From an uncultured bacterium (lineage in GTDB: Bacteria; Krumholzibacteriota; Krumholzibacteriia; Krumholzibacteriales; Krumholzibacteriaceae), in assembly GCA_965371515.1 (NCBI GenBank), contig CBDUYR010000002.1, forward strand, positions 1-64,000: 64,000 bases of DNA. Direction: 5' to 3'. The translations under genes were made by a program, and so were the position numbers. Under the pieces are notes generated by a model, which ran no database searches, was not told where the DNA came from, and saw only the letters and a list, made by a program, of their open reading frames with translations. Below are positions 38,621-47,998 of the stretch, one piece after another; positions within the stretch are counted from its first letter, which is position 1, and each line of letters begins with the position of its first letter.

Positions 38621-39393
38621 CTGCCTTCCTCCAGGCCACTGCGGGAAAGCTCCCTGAGCCATGCATACTTGAAGAAGACGCTGATAGCGGCAAGCGAGCA
38701 GAGCGTCAGCCCGGCGGATCCATCGAGAAAGCCGAGCTGGAGGATATACATCCTCAGAAAACGGGTAACCGGCCTGAGGACTATTCCGGGGATCCAGCCC
38801 CCTCCCCTTCTGTGAAGTTCGAGAGCCCCTCTTCTGCTGTAGCTCTTCATCCGTTCGATATAGTCGTCGAGGTCCCTGTAGGGAATGTGGTCGAGCCGCT
38901 CACGCATCCGTCCGGCCTCTCCGTCAAGCTCAAGACATTCGTGCACCGCTCGCTCGGGATACATCCCGCGTCCCCTTCGGAAAAGCCTCAGCACCCTGTC
39001 GCGGTCCCATCCACAGTGCATTATTACCCTGCCAAAAAACTCGTTCCTCCTGTAGAGCCAGAAACCGTTCTCCCGCGCCGACATGATTCTCTCCGCTATC
39101 TCCTCGCGCAGGTTGATGGAGAGGTATTCGTCAGCATCGAGGATCAGCACCCATTCGAGCGTTGCCTGTTCCATGGCCCAGTTCTTCTGGTTGGCGTTCG
39201 ATACGAACTCCCTGGTGAATACCCTCGCTCCGTATTCCCCGGCTATGCGCAGTGTGCCGTCGGTGCTCATCGAATCGACGACGATCACTTCGCCAACGCC
39301 GCGTGCGCTCTCCAGGCACCTGCCGAGATTCTTCTCCTCGTTCAGCGTGGTGACGATGAGAGATATCCGTGACAGATCGGTTTCAGTGCTCAT
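38617..39393 (-). CDS. GT2 LPS core glycosyltransferase (LgtF/KdtX-like)
   Basis: TLNEE.NL.RCL, VVDS.STD.T, QKN.A, WVLILDADE, LRLFRR, VHE, GFLDG..G. Confidence 0.88.
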   Translation of the reverse strand: MSTETDLSRISLIVTTLNEEKNLGRCLESARGVGEVIVVDSMSTDGTLRIAGEYGARVFTREFVSNANQKNWAMEQATLEWVLILDADEYLSINLREEIAERIMSARENGFWLYRRNEFFGRVIMHCGWDRDRVLRLFRRGRGMYPERAVHECLELDGEAGRMRERLDHIPYRDLDDYIERMKSYSRRGALELHRRGGGWIPGIVLRPVTRFLRMYILQLGFLDGSAGLTLCSLAAISVFFKYAWLRELSRSGLEEGR

Positions 39394-40469
39394 GATCTCC
39401 CTCCGATCGCCGCTCTCACTTCGCCCAGTACCTCATTGACCGTTATTGTCTCCATACACCTGTTGGGACTGCATTCCTTCTCCCTGCACCCTTCGGCGCA
39501 TTCAAGTTCCTTCCATAGAACCCGGTGGAGCCCGTTCATCGGATCCCAGATTCTCGGGTCTGTAGGCCCGAACAGCGTGACGGTCGGCACGCCGAGCAGG
39601 ACCGCGATATGTTTCGGGCCGGAGTCGATCCCGACAAGGATCTTCATCCTGCCGATGAGAGCGCCGGCTTCGGTTACCCCCGTCGGGGGCGGTACGATCG
39701 CACCGGGAACAGCCCCGGCGATCTCCTCGGCCAGTTCCTCCTCCCCCGGTCCCCACATGATCAACGGCCGCAGGCCCAGCTCGCCGGATATCCTCCTCGA
39801 CAGATCGATGAATCGCTCCCGCGGCCAGCCCTTCGAGTGGTATGTCGAGCCGGGAACGATTCCCGCAAGCCCGCTCCCCGTATCCCCGAGAGACCTCACG
39901 AAAGAATCGGCCCATTCCGCCGATGACTCGGATGCCGGAAAACCGTAAGGCTCATCACCGACATCGGTCCCGTTCCCTGTCCCGTCCGCTGACACTCCGA
40001 GCATCCTGCCGATCTCGAGGTTCGAATCGATCGCGTAGCATCTGACCCGTTTCCCGGCACGTACAATGGCCCTTGGCAGAACCTCGTGATAATACCCGTT
40101 ACGCCATCCCGTATCCATTCCGATCCTGAGACCGGCGCCGCAGAACCGCGTCAGCAGCGCGCTTCTCGGTGAGCTCAGCAGATCTACAGCCACATCGGGC
40201 TTTCTTTTTCTCAGAGACCTCATCACATCGAGCTGTCCGGCAGCCGTACCGGGGAGCGGGATCACCTCGTCGAGACCGGTATCTCCGGCCAGCGCAGCGC
40301 AATATCTCTCTTTCACGAGGTATCCGATCCAGGCACCGGGGAAAGCGGCCCTGATCCTATCGATGAGCGGAAGCGTCAGGACAATATCTCCCAGCGCAAA
40401 GAGCCGTACCAGGAGGATCGACTTAAGCTCTTCCATCTGTTTCAGATCGATGACTGCTGCGTCACTCAT
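39390..40469 (-). CDS. GT9 heptosyltransferase-family protein
   Basis: ALGDIVL..P, PG.....KGWP..RF, WGPGE, GIDSGPKHIA..LGVPTV.LFGPT. Confidence 0.88.
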   Translation of the reverse strand: MSDAAVIDLKQMEELKSILLVRLFALGDIVLTLPLIDRIRAAFPGAWIGYLVKERYCAALAGDTGLDEVIPLPGTAAGQLDVMRSLRKRKPDVAVDLLSSPRSALLTRFCGAGLRIGMDTGWRNGYYHEVLPRAIVRAGKRVRCYAIDSNLEIGRMLGVSADGTGNGTDVGDEPYGFPASESSAEWADSFVRSLGDTGSGLAGIVPGSTYHSKGWPRERFIDLSRRISGELGLRPLIMWGPGEEELAEEIAGAVPGAIVPPPTGVTEAGALIGRMKILVGIDSGPKHIAVLLGVPTVTLFGPTDPRIWDPMNGLHRVLWKELECAEGCREKECSPNRCMETITVNEVLGEVRAAIGGRS

Positions 40470-40472
40470 CCT

Positions 40473-41507
40473 CTACCATCCCGTTACCCTGCCGAGACCA
40501 TCCGCGACATCGTCGACAGTGATCTTCTCGAGACATTTCATGTCTTCGCACTCGTGGAGATGGCAAGGTGCGCACTCCTCGTTCCTCGTGATCACTTCGT
40601 AAGGTCCCATACCGGAATACGGGAACCAGATATCGGGCTCTGTCGGCCCGAAAATCCCGACCGTCGGGACGCCCAGCGCAACACCGGTGTGCATCACACC
40701 TCCGTCATTCGAAACGAGAGCATCGCAGACAGCGATCGCTGCGGCGGCCTTCCTTATCGGCATTGGAGGAATGGCGCAGGCCAGGCCTGCCGACTCCGAG
40801 ACGACCTGCTCCGATAAAGGCTCCTCGCCCGGGCCCGTGATGAGGAGCGATCTTGAGTCGAACCTCTCCATGACCACCCTTGCAAGTTCGGCGAACGAGG
40901 ATGCCGGCCAGCGTTTCGAGGACCAGGTGCCCCCCGCGTGAAAAGCAACGGTTCTGTCCGGAGCTCCTCCGCCGAAGGCCGAAACAACGGCCGATCTGCC
41001 CGACGCCAGTTCGTCTCCTTTCAGATAAACGCGTGGCCTTCTCTCGGATGCTGCGCATCCGAGTATTTCGAGGGAGGCAAGATGGTGGCCTATCGCGCTT
41101 CTGATACTGCTGTCCGGTTCAAAGATATCGGTGTAGAGCCGCCTTCTCCACCTCCGCCCTCCGCCGATCCTGACCGGGATACCGGAGAGTCTCAGAATAT
41201 TGGCGCTGCGCGGATTATAGAACAGATCGACGGCTGCCGTGAACCCGATCTTCCTGATCTTCCTGATCGTCGAGAGCATCGACGCGGCCCCCTTCCCCAC
41301 CTCGAGCAGACCCGATAGGCCGGGGTGGTTCTCGAGTATCGAGGAATATGGAGGCTCGGCCATGTACCAGATCTCCGCACCGGGGAAACATTCCCCGAGA
41401 GCATCGATCACCGGTGTGGTGAGGATCACGTCGCCGAGGTACCGCAGCCTCGTAACGAGGATCCTGACCGGGCCGTCCCTTCTAACGAAGATCGCGGCAG
41501 GATCCAA
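40473..41507 (-). CDS. GT9 heptosyltransferase-family protein
   Basis: YLGDVIL.TP, KRWP...F, SNDGGVMH...LGVPTVGIFGPT, C.PC. Confidence 0.88.
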   Translation of the reverse strand: MDPAAIFVRRDGPVRILVTRLRYLGDVILTTPVIDALGECFPGAEIWYMAEPPYSSILENHPGLSGLLEVGKGAASMLSTIRKIRKIGFTAAVDLFYNPRSANILRLSGIPVRIGGGRRWRRRLYTDIFEPDSSIRSAIGHHLASLEILGCAASERRPRVYLKGDELASGRSAVVSAFGGGAPDRTVAFHAGGTWSSKRWPASSFAELARVVMERFDSRSLLITGPGEEPLSEQVVSESAGLACAIPPMPIRKAAAAIAVCDALVSNDGGVMHTGVALGVPTVGIFGPTEPDIWFPYSGMGPYEVITRNEECAPCHLHECEDMKCLEKITVDDVADGLGRVTGW

Positions 41508-41508
41508 T

Positions 41509-41988
41509 CTATTCCTCCCGCCTCAGCCGCGCGATGATCCCCCGGCTCGACCGATCCTTCTGATCGCCGGTTATGACCGTGACGCAGCCGATCTCCCCGG
41601 CCGTCTCTATCTCGGGTACCGTCTCCACGGTGTAGTCCGTTCCCTTTGCGTGAACGTCGGGCCTGAGCTCTCTCAGCACACCGTCAACTGTATCCTCACC
41701 GAAGATCAGCACGTAATCGACGAATCGCATTGCCGAGAGTATCTCAGCTCTCTCGGCGGCCTTCATGACCGGCCTGCCCTCGCCCTTGAGGCGCCTCGTG
41801 GAATCGTCGTTGTTCACCGCCACCACGAGAACATCTCCGTGGGCCGCCGCTTCCTCGAGGTATCTCACATGACCGACGTGGATGATATCGAAACAGCCGT
41901 TGGCCAGAACCACCATCCCGCCCCCCGAGCGTATCTTCTCGAGGATCCCGGCCAGCCGGCCGGAGTCGTTGAATATGACTTCTTTCAT
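41509..41988 (-). CDS. hldC: D-glycero-beta-D-manno-heptose-1-phosphate adenylyltransferase (RfaE domain II)
   Basis: NGCFDIIHVGH (HxGH), VAVN.D.S.RRLKGEGRP, KGTDY. Confidence 0.88.
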   Translation of the reverse strand: MKEVIFNDSGRLAGILEKIRSGGGMVVLANGCFDIIHVGHVRYLEEAAAHGDVLVVAVNNDDSTRRLKGEGRPVMKAAERAEILSAMRFVDYVLIFGEDTVDGVLRELRPDVHAKGTDYTVETVPEIETAGEIGCVTVITGDQKDRSSRGIIARLRREE

Positions 41989-42992
41989 TCCGGCATCCTC
42001 CCTCCGCCGTCCAGGAGTGCGGCGAACTGCTCCGTCATCCTATCACAGACTTTTTCCCAGGTAAAATCCAGTATGCCCCTCGCACCTTCCAGCCCCATCC
42101 TCCTGCCCGCCTCCCTGTCGCGGTAAAGTCTCCTGAGCGCCTTTCCAATCGAGACCTGGTTTCTCTCCTTTACGACCAGTGCCGTGCGGCCGTTCACAGC
42201 AAAGTCGGTGGTGCCGCTCTTCGTGCAGACCAGAGGGAGCCCGCAGGCCGCCGCCTCCGCACTTGTATTGCTCCAGCCTGCCTTGCGCTCCGCAGATACG
42301 AACACGTCGGCGGATGTATACATGGCCGCCATCCTCTCCTGCGGCAGATCGATATAGAACCGGAACGGCAGCCCGGGATCGAATCCCGTCCGCGGATCGG
42401 TCGATCCGGGCGTCATGCTGTCGAAGAGGATCAGTTCAACGTCGTATCCCCTGCGATACATCGATTCGGCGGCTTTTATCATAAACCTCGTCCCTTTTCT
42501 CGGCCTCGAAAGCCGTCCATAGCTCATCACGCGGAACGGCCCTCCATTTACACTCCCCTCCCCCGTCAGAGGATGGAACAGGGCAGGATTGACGCCTCCC
42601 CGCCCATCGAGCACCTTCAACCGGTATTTTTTCCGCATCCTCTCCATAAGGCCCTTCGAGTTCGCCATAAGGAGGATGTCTCCCCCCGTGGCGATCTCGC
42701 TCTCACGCACCACTTTCTGGGTCTGAAGGTAGAATATCCTGATTCCGGCGGGGAGTTCCCTGAGCGTCTCCAGGTACTCCGGCGAGCCGGTGATCACGAC
42801 ATCGTGATCACTGCCGCCCGCATCGGAAAGTTTCCTGCACTCGCCCTTCAATTCGATCCAGTCGGGAAACTCGCCGTCGGGGGTATATATGATGAATTCG
42901 TGCCCGCGCGATGTGAATGCGGCCGACAGCTCGACGTACCGCCTTACTCCGCCGAAGAGATATGTATGCGGCAGGATCGCTCCTATCCTCAA
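41985..42992 (-). CDS. GT4 glycosyltransferase
   Basis: FGGV, GVNP..F.P, RKG, YTSADVFV, EAAACGLP. Confidence 0.82.
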   Translation of the reverse strand: MRIGAILPHTYLFGGVRRYVELSAAFTSRGHEFIIYTPDGEFPDWIELKGECRKLSDAGGSDHDVVITGSPEYLETLRELPAGIRIFYLQTQKVVRESEIATGGDILLMANSKGLMERMRKKYRLKVLDGRGGVNPALFHPLTGEGSVNGGPFRVMSYGRLSRPRKGTRFMIKAAESMYRRGYDVELILFDSMTPGSTDPRTGFDPGLPFRFYIDLPQERMAAMYTSADVFVSAERKAGWSNTSAEAAACGLPLVCTKSGTTDFAVNGRTALVVKERNQVSIGKALRRLYRDREAGRRMGLEGARGILDFTWEKVCDRMTEQFAALLDGGGRMPE

Positions 42993-44029
42993 CTGCCGCC
43001 TCCCCCTTTTTCTTCCATCATTGAATCGAGACTCGACAGGATCTCCTCCTGCCTCGTGACCGCAGTGCCTCTTTTCATTACCACGATCGACGCGGCCACG
43101 TTCGCCGCCAGCATCGCCTCCGTCATACCGGCACCGGCGGCGAGAGTCAGGGCGATCGCCGAAACGACGGTATCCCCCGCCCCCGTAACATCGGTCGCCT
43201 CCGGGCTTCCGACCACTCCTACCTTCAGGGTCTTTCTGCGCGGGCGGAACAGGGCCATGCCGAGCCTGCCCCTGGTAATAAGGAGAGAATCGGATCGCAG
43301 CATCCGCATCAGCTTTCTTCCCGTCTTTTCCAGTGCTTCTTCGGAACCGGGCTCTATCCCCGCGGCTTCGGCCGCTTCTACCTCGTTCGGCGTCGCGGTG
43401 GTGATCCCCCTTAACCTTTGGAGACCGAACCGGGAATCGGCGATCACGGGGATACCGGAAACGGAAGCCATTTCGATAACCGCCGGCGCCACACCACCAG
43501 TGAGCACTCCCTGTCCGTAATCACTCAGTATCACGGCCCCGCACCGGGGAAGGCGACTCTCTATCGCACGGAGGAGCCTCTTCTCGACGGAAGGAGTGAG
43601 CTCAGAGCGGCTCTCCCTGTCGATCCTTACGATCTGCTGCCGCTGCGCGTGAAAATCCCCGGCGAGGACCCTCGTCTTCGATGTCGTCATTCGTCCCGCT
43701 GACGCTATGATCCCGCCGGTATCGACACCTGACGAACGCAGCATCTCGCCGAGCCTGTCCGCTGCATCGTCCCTCCCGGTCACTCCGGCCGCGACGGCTC
43801 GTCCACCGAGAGAGGCGATATTTGTCGCCGCGTTTGCCGCACCACCGGGGCTCCAGGAGCTCTCGTCATACCTGACTATGACCACGGGGGCCTCTCTCGA
43901 TACCCTGTCGGTCATACCGTAGAGATATTCGTCGAGGATCATGTCACCCACGACGAGGACCTTCCTTCCTTTCCAGGAAAGGACCGTTTCCCTCACTCCG
44001 GAGTAATCTTCGATCGGTGTCCTGTTCAC
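42989..44029 (-). CDS. hldA: D-glycero-beta-D-manno-heptose-7-phosphate kinase (RfaE domain I, PfkB fold)
   Basis: VVGDMILD.Y..G...RVSREAPV, PGGAAN, SDYG.G, TPN..E, DVTGAGDTV. Confidence 0.9.
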   Translation of the reverse strand: MNRTPIEDYSGVRETVLSWKGRKVLVVGDMILDEYLYGMTDRVSREAPVVIVRYDESSWSPGGAANAATNIASLGGRAVAAGVTGRDDAADRLGEMLRSSGVDTGGIIASAGRMTTSKTRVLAGDFHAQRQQIVRIDRESRSELTPSVEKRLLRAIESRLPRCGAVILSDYGQGVLTGGVAPAVIEMASVSGIPVIADSRFGLQRLRGITTATPNEVEAAEAAGIEPGSEEALEKTGRKLMRMLRSDSLLITRGRLGMALFRPRRKTLKVGVVGSPEATDVTGAGDTVVSAIALTLAAGAGMTEAMLAANVAASIVVMKRGTAVTRQEEILSSLDSMMEEKGGGGS

Positions 44030-45078
44030 TCTTTACTCTCCCTCATGATTTCCATGGCCGCATCGAAAACATCGTCGGCACCTATATCCTGCAGGCAGTG
44101 CGTATCACCCTCGGGGCATTCCTTCCTGAAGCATGGAGAGCATTCAGCGCGGGACGTCACGATCCTCGAGCTCTGCCCGCGCGGAGAGGTCCATTCCGGA
44201 CTGGTCGACCCGAAGATCGAAACTGTGGGGATACCCATCGCAGCCGAGATATGGACAGGCCCGCTGTCGTTTCCGACAACCAGGTCCGCTCCCCTCAGAA
44301 TCGACATGAGGTCACCGATACCCGATCTGCCCGCGAGGTTGAGCGCACCATCGTCAGCTTCGGTGATACCACCCAGGTACTCCCTCTCCCGTTCAGAGCC
44401 GACAGTTACCGTCCTGAGACCCTTCTGCTCTCTCAACCTCCCTGCCAGAGCGGCAAACCTCTCCCGCGGCCACACCTTGGCCGGCCCGTAAGTAGCGCCG
44501 GCAGCAAATACTGCGTAGCCGCCCTCCAGTCCATACGCGGTGACCCGCTCCTTCCAGTCGTACGGCGGCACGACACAGGGTCCGGGGAGCGTTTCCGTTC
44601 CCGAACCGCTGTACAGCCCGGCGAACCGGGCGTATTCCTCCGCAAGATGGATTTTTCTGTGGAGATCGACCGACACCGGATCTGTCAACAGCCAGTCTCT
44701 TCCTCCGTTCCGGTTGCCGATCCTTCTCCTGCTCCCTCCGAAAAAGACGGCAAGAGCCGCCGAGAACGACATCGGAAGCACGAATGCTGCATCCCATCCG
44801 TGATCCGGGCGCTGCTCGCGTAGAGCAAGGATCGAGCTACTCACCCCCCATTTCTTCCTGTAGGTGATCAGTCTGTCGAGAAACGCGCATCTCCTCAACA
44901 GTTCCGATACATACTCCCTGCAGAGGACCGTTATGAAATCATCGGGATTCTCTTTCCTCAGCAGGGAGAGGAACGGCGTCGCCATCACCACGTCGCCGAT
45001 CCAGTTCGGAGCGAGTACGAGGAGTTCCTTACGCCCTGATCTGCAGGCTGTAGAGTTTCCGGTAGATCCCTTCCTCAC
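44026..45078 (-). CDS. waaF: ADP-heptose:LPS heptosyltransferase II
   Basis: APNWIGDVVMATP, SFS.AL, GA.YGPAK.WP, NLAG, NDSG..H..AA, FGSTSP. Confidence 0.85.
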   Translation of the reverse strand: MRKGSTGNSTACRSGRKELLVLAPNWIGDVVMATPFLSLLRKENPDDFITVLCREYVSELLRRCAFLDRLITYRKKWGVSSSILALREQRPDHGWDAAFVLPMSFSAALAVFFGGSRRRIGNRNGGRDWLLTDPVSVDLHRKIHLAEEYARFAGLYSGSGTETLPGPCVVPPYDWKERVTAYGLEGGYAVFAAGATYGPAKVWPRERFAALAGRLREQKGLRTVTVGSEREREYLGGITEADDGALNLAGRSGIGDLMSILRGADLVVGNDSGPVHISAAMGIPTVSIFGSTSPEWTSPRGQSSRIVTSRAECSPCFRKECPEGDTHCLQDIGADDVFDAAMEIMRESKE

Positions 45079-46885
45079 CGATCAACTCCTCATGTGTGCC
45101 GATCTGCCTTATCCTGCCGCCATCGAGGACGACGATCCGGTCGGCGTTCTTGATCGTCGACAGCCTGTGAGCGATAACGAGGGTCGTCCTGCCGCGCACG
45201 AGCCTGTCGATAGCCTCCTGGACCAGCGCCTCGCTTTCCACGTCGAGAGAGCTGGTGGCTTCGTCGAGTATCAGTATCTGCGGGTTTTTCAGGAGAGCAC
45301 GCGCGATAGCGAGTCGCTGTCTCTGCCCACCTGAGAGCTGGACTCCCCTGTCACCTATCACCGTGTCGTAGCCATGCGTCATCGCCTCTATGAACTCGTC
45401 CGCGTTGGCCGCCCGGGCGGCAGTGACAACGTCCTCGAGTGGACAGTCGGACATCCCGTACGCGATATTATTGAAGACCGTGTCGTTGAAGAGTATCGTC
45501 TCCTGCGTAACGATACCCATAAGGGCCCGAAGAGACGATATCCTTATGCAGGATATATCCCTTCCATCGATCATTATCCTGCCCGACCCGGGCTCGTAGA
45601 AACGCGGGAGCAGGTCGGCCAGTGTAGATTTCCCTGCGCCGCTCGCTCCTACCAGTGCTACGACCTCACCCCTGCCTACCTTCATGTCGACGTCGACGAG
45701 TACGGGTGTCTCTCCATCGTAGCTGAACCCTACATCCTCGTAACTGATCCCCTCACGGATCGCGTCGATCTCCTCGTCGCCCGCGAGCTCCTCCTCGGTC
45801 TTTATGTCGAGGATATCGAAGATCCTCTGCGCGCAGACGATTCCCTCCTGTACTACGTTGTTGAGCTTGCTGAGGTTCTTGATCGGGTTCACGACCCAGA
45901 GCATCGCACCTATGAACATCATGAGGCTGGCCGGTTCGAGCTGTTGCGAGATGACCAGTCTGCCGCCGTACCAGAGAATTACAACGCTCGCCATTATACC
46001 GAGTGTTTCGCTCGTCGGAGACGCCAGCTCGGCGAATTTTCTCATCTTGATGTACTCTCCGAGGTACCGGCGGTTGAAATCGCCGAACTTCATCTTCTCG
46101 AACCGCTCCATCCCGAATGCCTTCACTACCCGGACCCCCGATATCGTTTCCTGCAGGACGGAGGTCATGTCTGCCATCCTATCCTGCGCCCTCATGCTGC
46201 CCTTCCTGAGCTTCCTGCTTATGATGGCGATGAGGATGATATTGAGGGGAACGAGCATGAGCGTCAGAAGAGAGAGCTGCCAGGATGTGTAGAAGATTAT
46301 CGAAACGGCTATGACCGTCATCAGACCGTTACGTATTATGCTGGCAAGCCCGCCGACGACCGCTCCGCGCAGGTTGGTAACATCGTTCGTGATCCTCGAG
46401 ATGAGATGGCCCGTCCTCTGCTGGTCGAAAAACGCCATCGGGAGCATCTGTATCTTGCCATACAGCTCATCCCTTATCGACTTGAGTATCGACTGCTCGA
46501 GAAAGACTGTCAGGTACGTCCCGAAATATCCGAAGATGTTCTTTACTACCATCAGCGCGAAGAATATCAGGCAGAATCTCGCGAGGCGCTCCGTCGGAGT
46601 GCCCTGGTACATTATCCGTGTGACCTGACTCCGCACGCCGTCCATCTGCGACTCGATCCCTTCCGGTATAAGCGGCGAGCCATGGTCCCCTTCATCTCTC
46701 TCTTCGACAGGCGTGGGCTCCGTCGAGAAGACTATATTGAGGAATGGAGGGATCAGTGTAAGCGATATACCGCTTAACGCGGCGAATATCGTCGTGCATA
46801 TGAAGAGGATCACTACCTTCTTCCACCATGGCCGGAGATAGCCAAGTAGTCTGGTATATGTGCGTCCAGGGCTCTGGCCGTTCAT
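45029..46885 (-). CDS. msbA: ABC exporter, fused permease/ATPase (MsbA-like lipid A-core flippase)
   Basis: N-terminal TM domain, GASGAGKST, LSGGQRQR, ILILDEATS.LD, IAHRLSTI; lies in the LPS operon. Confidence 0.8.
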   Translation of the reverse strand: MNGQSPGRTYTRLLGYLRPWWKKVVILFICTTIFAALSGISLTLIPPFLNIVFSTEPTPVEERDEGDHGSPLIPEGIESQMDGVRSQVTRIMYQGTPTERLARFCLIFFALMVVKNIFGYFGTYLTVFLEQSILKSIRDELYGKIQMLPMAFFDQQRTGHLISRITNDVTNLRGAVVGGLASIIRNGLMTVIAVSIIFYTSWQLSLLTLMLVPLNIILIAIISRKLRKGSMRAQDRMADMTSVLQETISGVRVVKAFGMERFEKMKFGDFNRRYLGEYIKMRKFAELASPTSETLGIMASVVILWYGGRLVISQQLEPASLMMFIGAMLWVVNPIKNLSKLNNVVQEGIVCAQRIFDILDIKTEEELAGDEEIDAIREGISYEDVGFSYDGETPVLVDVDMKVGRGEVVALVGASGAGKSTLADLLPRFYEPGSGRIMIDGRDISCIRISSLRALMGIVTQETILFNDTVFNNIAYGMSDCPLEDVVTAARAANADEFIEAMTHGYDTVIGDRGVQLSGGQRQRLAIARALLKNPQILILDEATSSLDVESEALVQEAIDRLVRGRTTLVIAHRLSTIKNADRIVVLDGGRIRQIGTHEELIGEEGIYRKLYSLQIRA

Positions 46886-46906
46886 CGCTTGGTCTCCACG
46901 CTGTTA

Positions 46907-47998
46907 CTAGACGGTTATCTCCTCGCCCGTCGCGAGGACCTCTTCGACCTTGCCGAAGAAGCTCTTGAGCGAGAGTTTTTCTCCCTTGGTCCCCTTGAAG
47001 ATCTTGACATTAGGCATGTTCTCCGGGATCCAGGACTTTCCGTCATATTTCGTGAACAGTCCTATCGTCGGGACCTTCATCGCGGAAGCAAAATGGAAGA
47101 GGTTCGTATTTCCGGAGATGAAAAGATCGCACTGTGACAAAAGAGCAAGATTCTCGGCGGCGTTCGTCGGGACCAGGTCGATGACCTCGCCCTTCAGTTC
47201 TCCCGAGATCTTCTGCACGAGCTTCTCGTCCCAGGGTTCGGTCAGCACGAGAAACTTGACCCTCATGCGCCCGGCGAGGTTGTTGGCCAGATAGGCGATT
47301 ATCTCGGGGATGACCCGGTGCCTGCTCTTGCTCCTGCCAGGATCGATCCCGACCGTGATAACGCCCTTCTCCGGCTTTCTGAAATGAATCAGCTGCCTTG
47401 CGTGATTCAGGTCGGCCTGAGGCAGGATGATATCCCTCTGCACTCCTCCGGTAGGAAGCCCGAGGGACTCTATCAGCCTGACCATCCTCTCACCCTCGTA
47501 TCCCCGGGATGATATCCTCACCTCGAGGTTGATGAAGGGAAAGGCCAGCTGATGGTGAAATCCTATCCTCATCGGCGCACCCGACGCGAAGGCGAGAGTG
47601 TGCCTCTCCATCGAGATGCCTCTGCTCAACATTATCACCGTGTCGATGTGCTGCTGGCGGAGCTTGCGGATGAGGGCGTAGTAGTCGGCTGTGAAAAATC
47701 TCAGCTGTTTTCTGTTGTACGTCAGTATCGAATGGACCCTGAATATGCTCCTGGCAATGTCGGAATCGTCCGCGTTGACGAGCAGGGTCGTCCTTATTCC
47801 CGGGAAACGCTCGTGGAACCAGTTAGCAACTGGAGCGGCAAAGAGCAGGTCGGTCGCGTCACCGGAGTCTATGAACAGCATCCTTGTGGATCCGGTGATC
47901 CCCGCTGGAAGAGCGAAAGGTTCCTCCTTTCCCGTACGCTTGAGGAAATACGAGACCATCTTCGGCACAATATGTTTTTCGCCGCTATCTCTTCGCAT
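46907..47998 (-). CDS. Divergent GT9-like protein
   Basis: GT9-like layout (D..F..P, RIG, DLFIS.NT.L.H.A.A..VPT.GLF) with the canonical GD and DSG motifs altered. Confidence 0.6.
   Translation of the reverse strand: MRRDSGEKHIVPKMVSYFLKRTGKEEPFALPAGITGSTRMLFIDSGDATDLLFAAPVANWFHERFPGIRTTLLVNADDSDIARSIFRVHSILTYNRKQLRFFTADYYALIRKLRQQHIDTVIMLSRGISMERHTLAFASGAPMRIGFHHQLAFPFINLEVRISSRGYEGERMVRLIESLGLPTGGVQRDIILPQADLNHARQLIHFRKPEKGVITVGIDPGRSKSRHRVIPEIIAYLANNLAGRMRVKFLVLTEPWDEKLVQKISGELKGEVIDLVPTNAAENLALLSQCDLFISGNTNLFHFASAMKVPTIGLFTKYDGKSWIPENMPNVKIFKGTKGEKLSLKSFFGKVEEVLATGEEITV

Noticed and set aside
41509..44029. Split hldA/hldC separated by a GT4 instead of a fused hldE
   Set aside because: Separate kinase and adenylyltransferase genes are common outside enterobacteria; not novel.
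45374..46777. 467-aa plus-strand ORF antisense to msbA, and similar long antisense ORFs (1290-2243, 11583-12773, 16478-17503, 48357-49343)
   Set aside because: Shadow ORFs expected from GC-rich codon bias; no recognisable motifs, and each lies opposite a well-supported gene.
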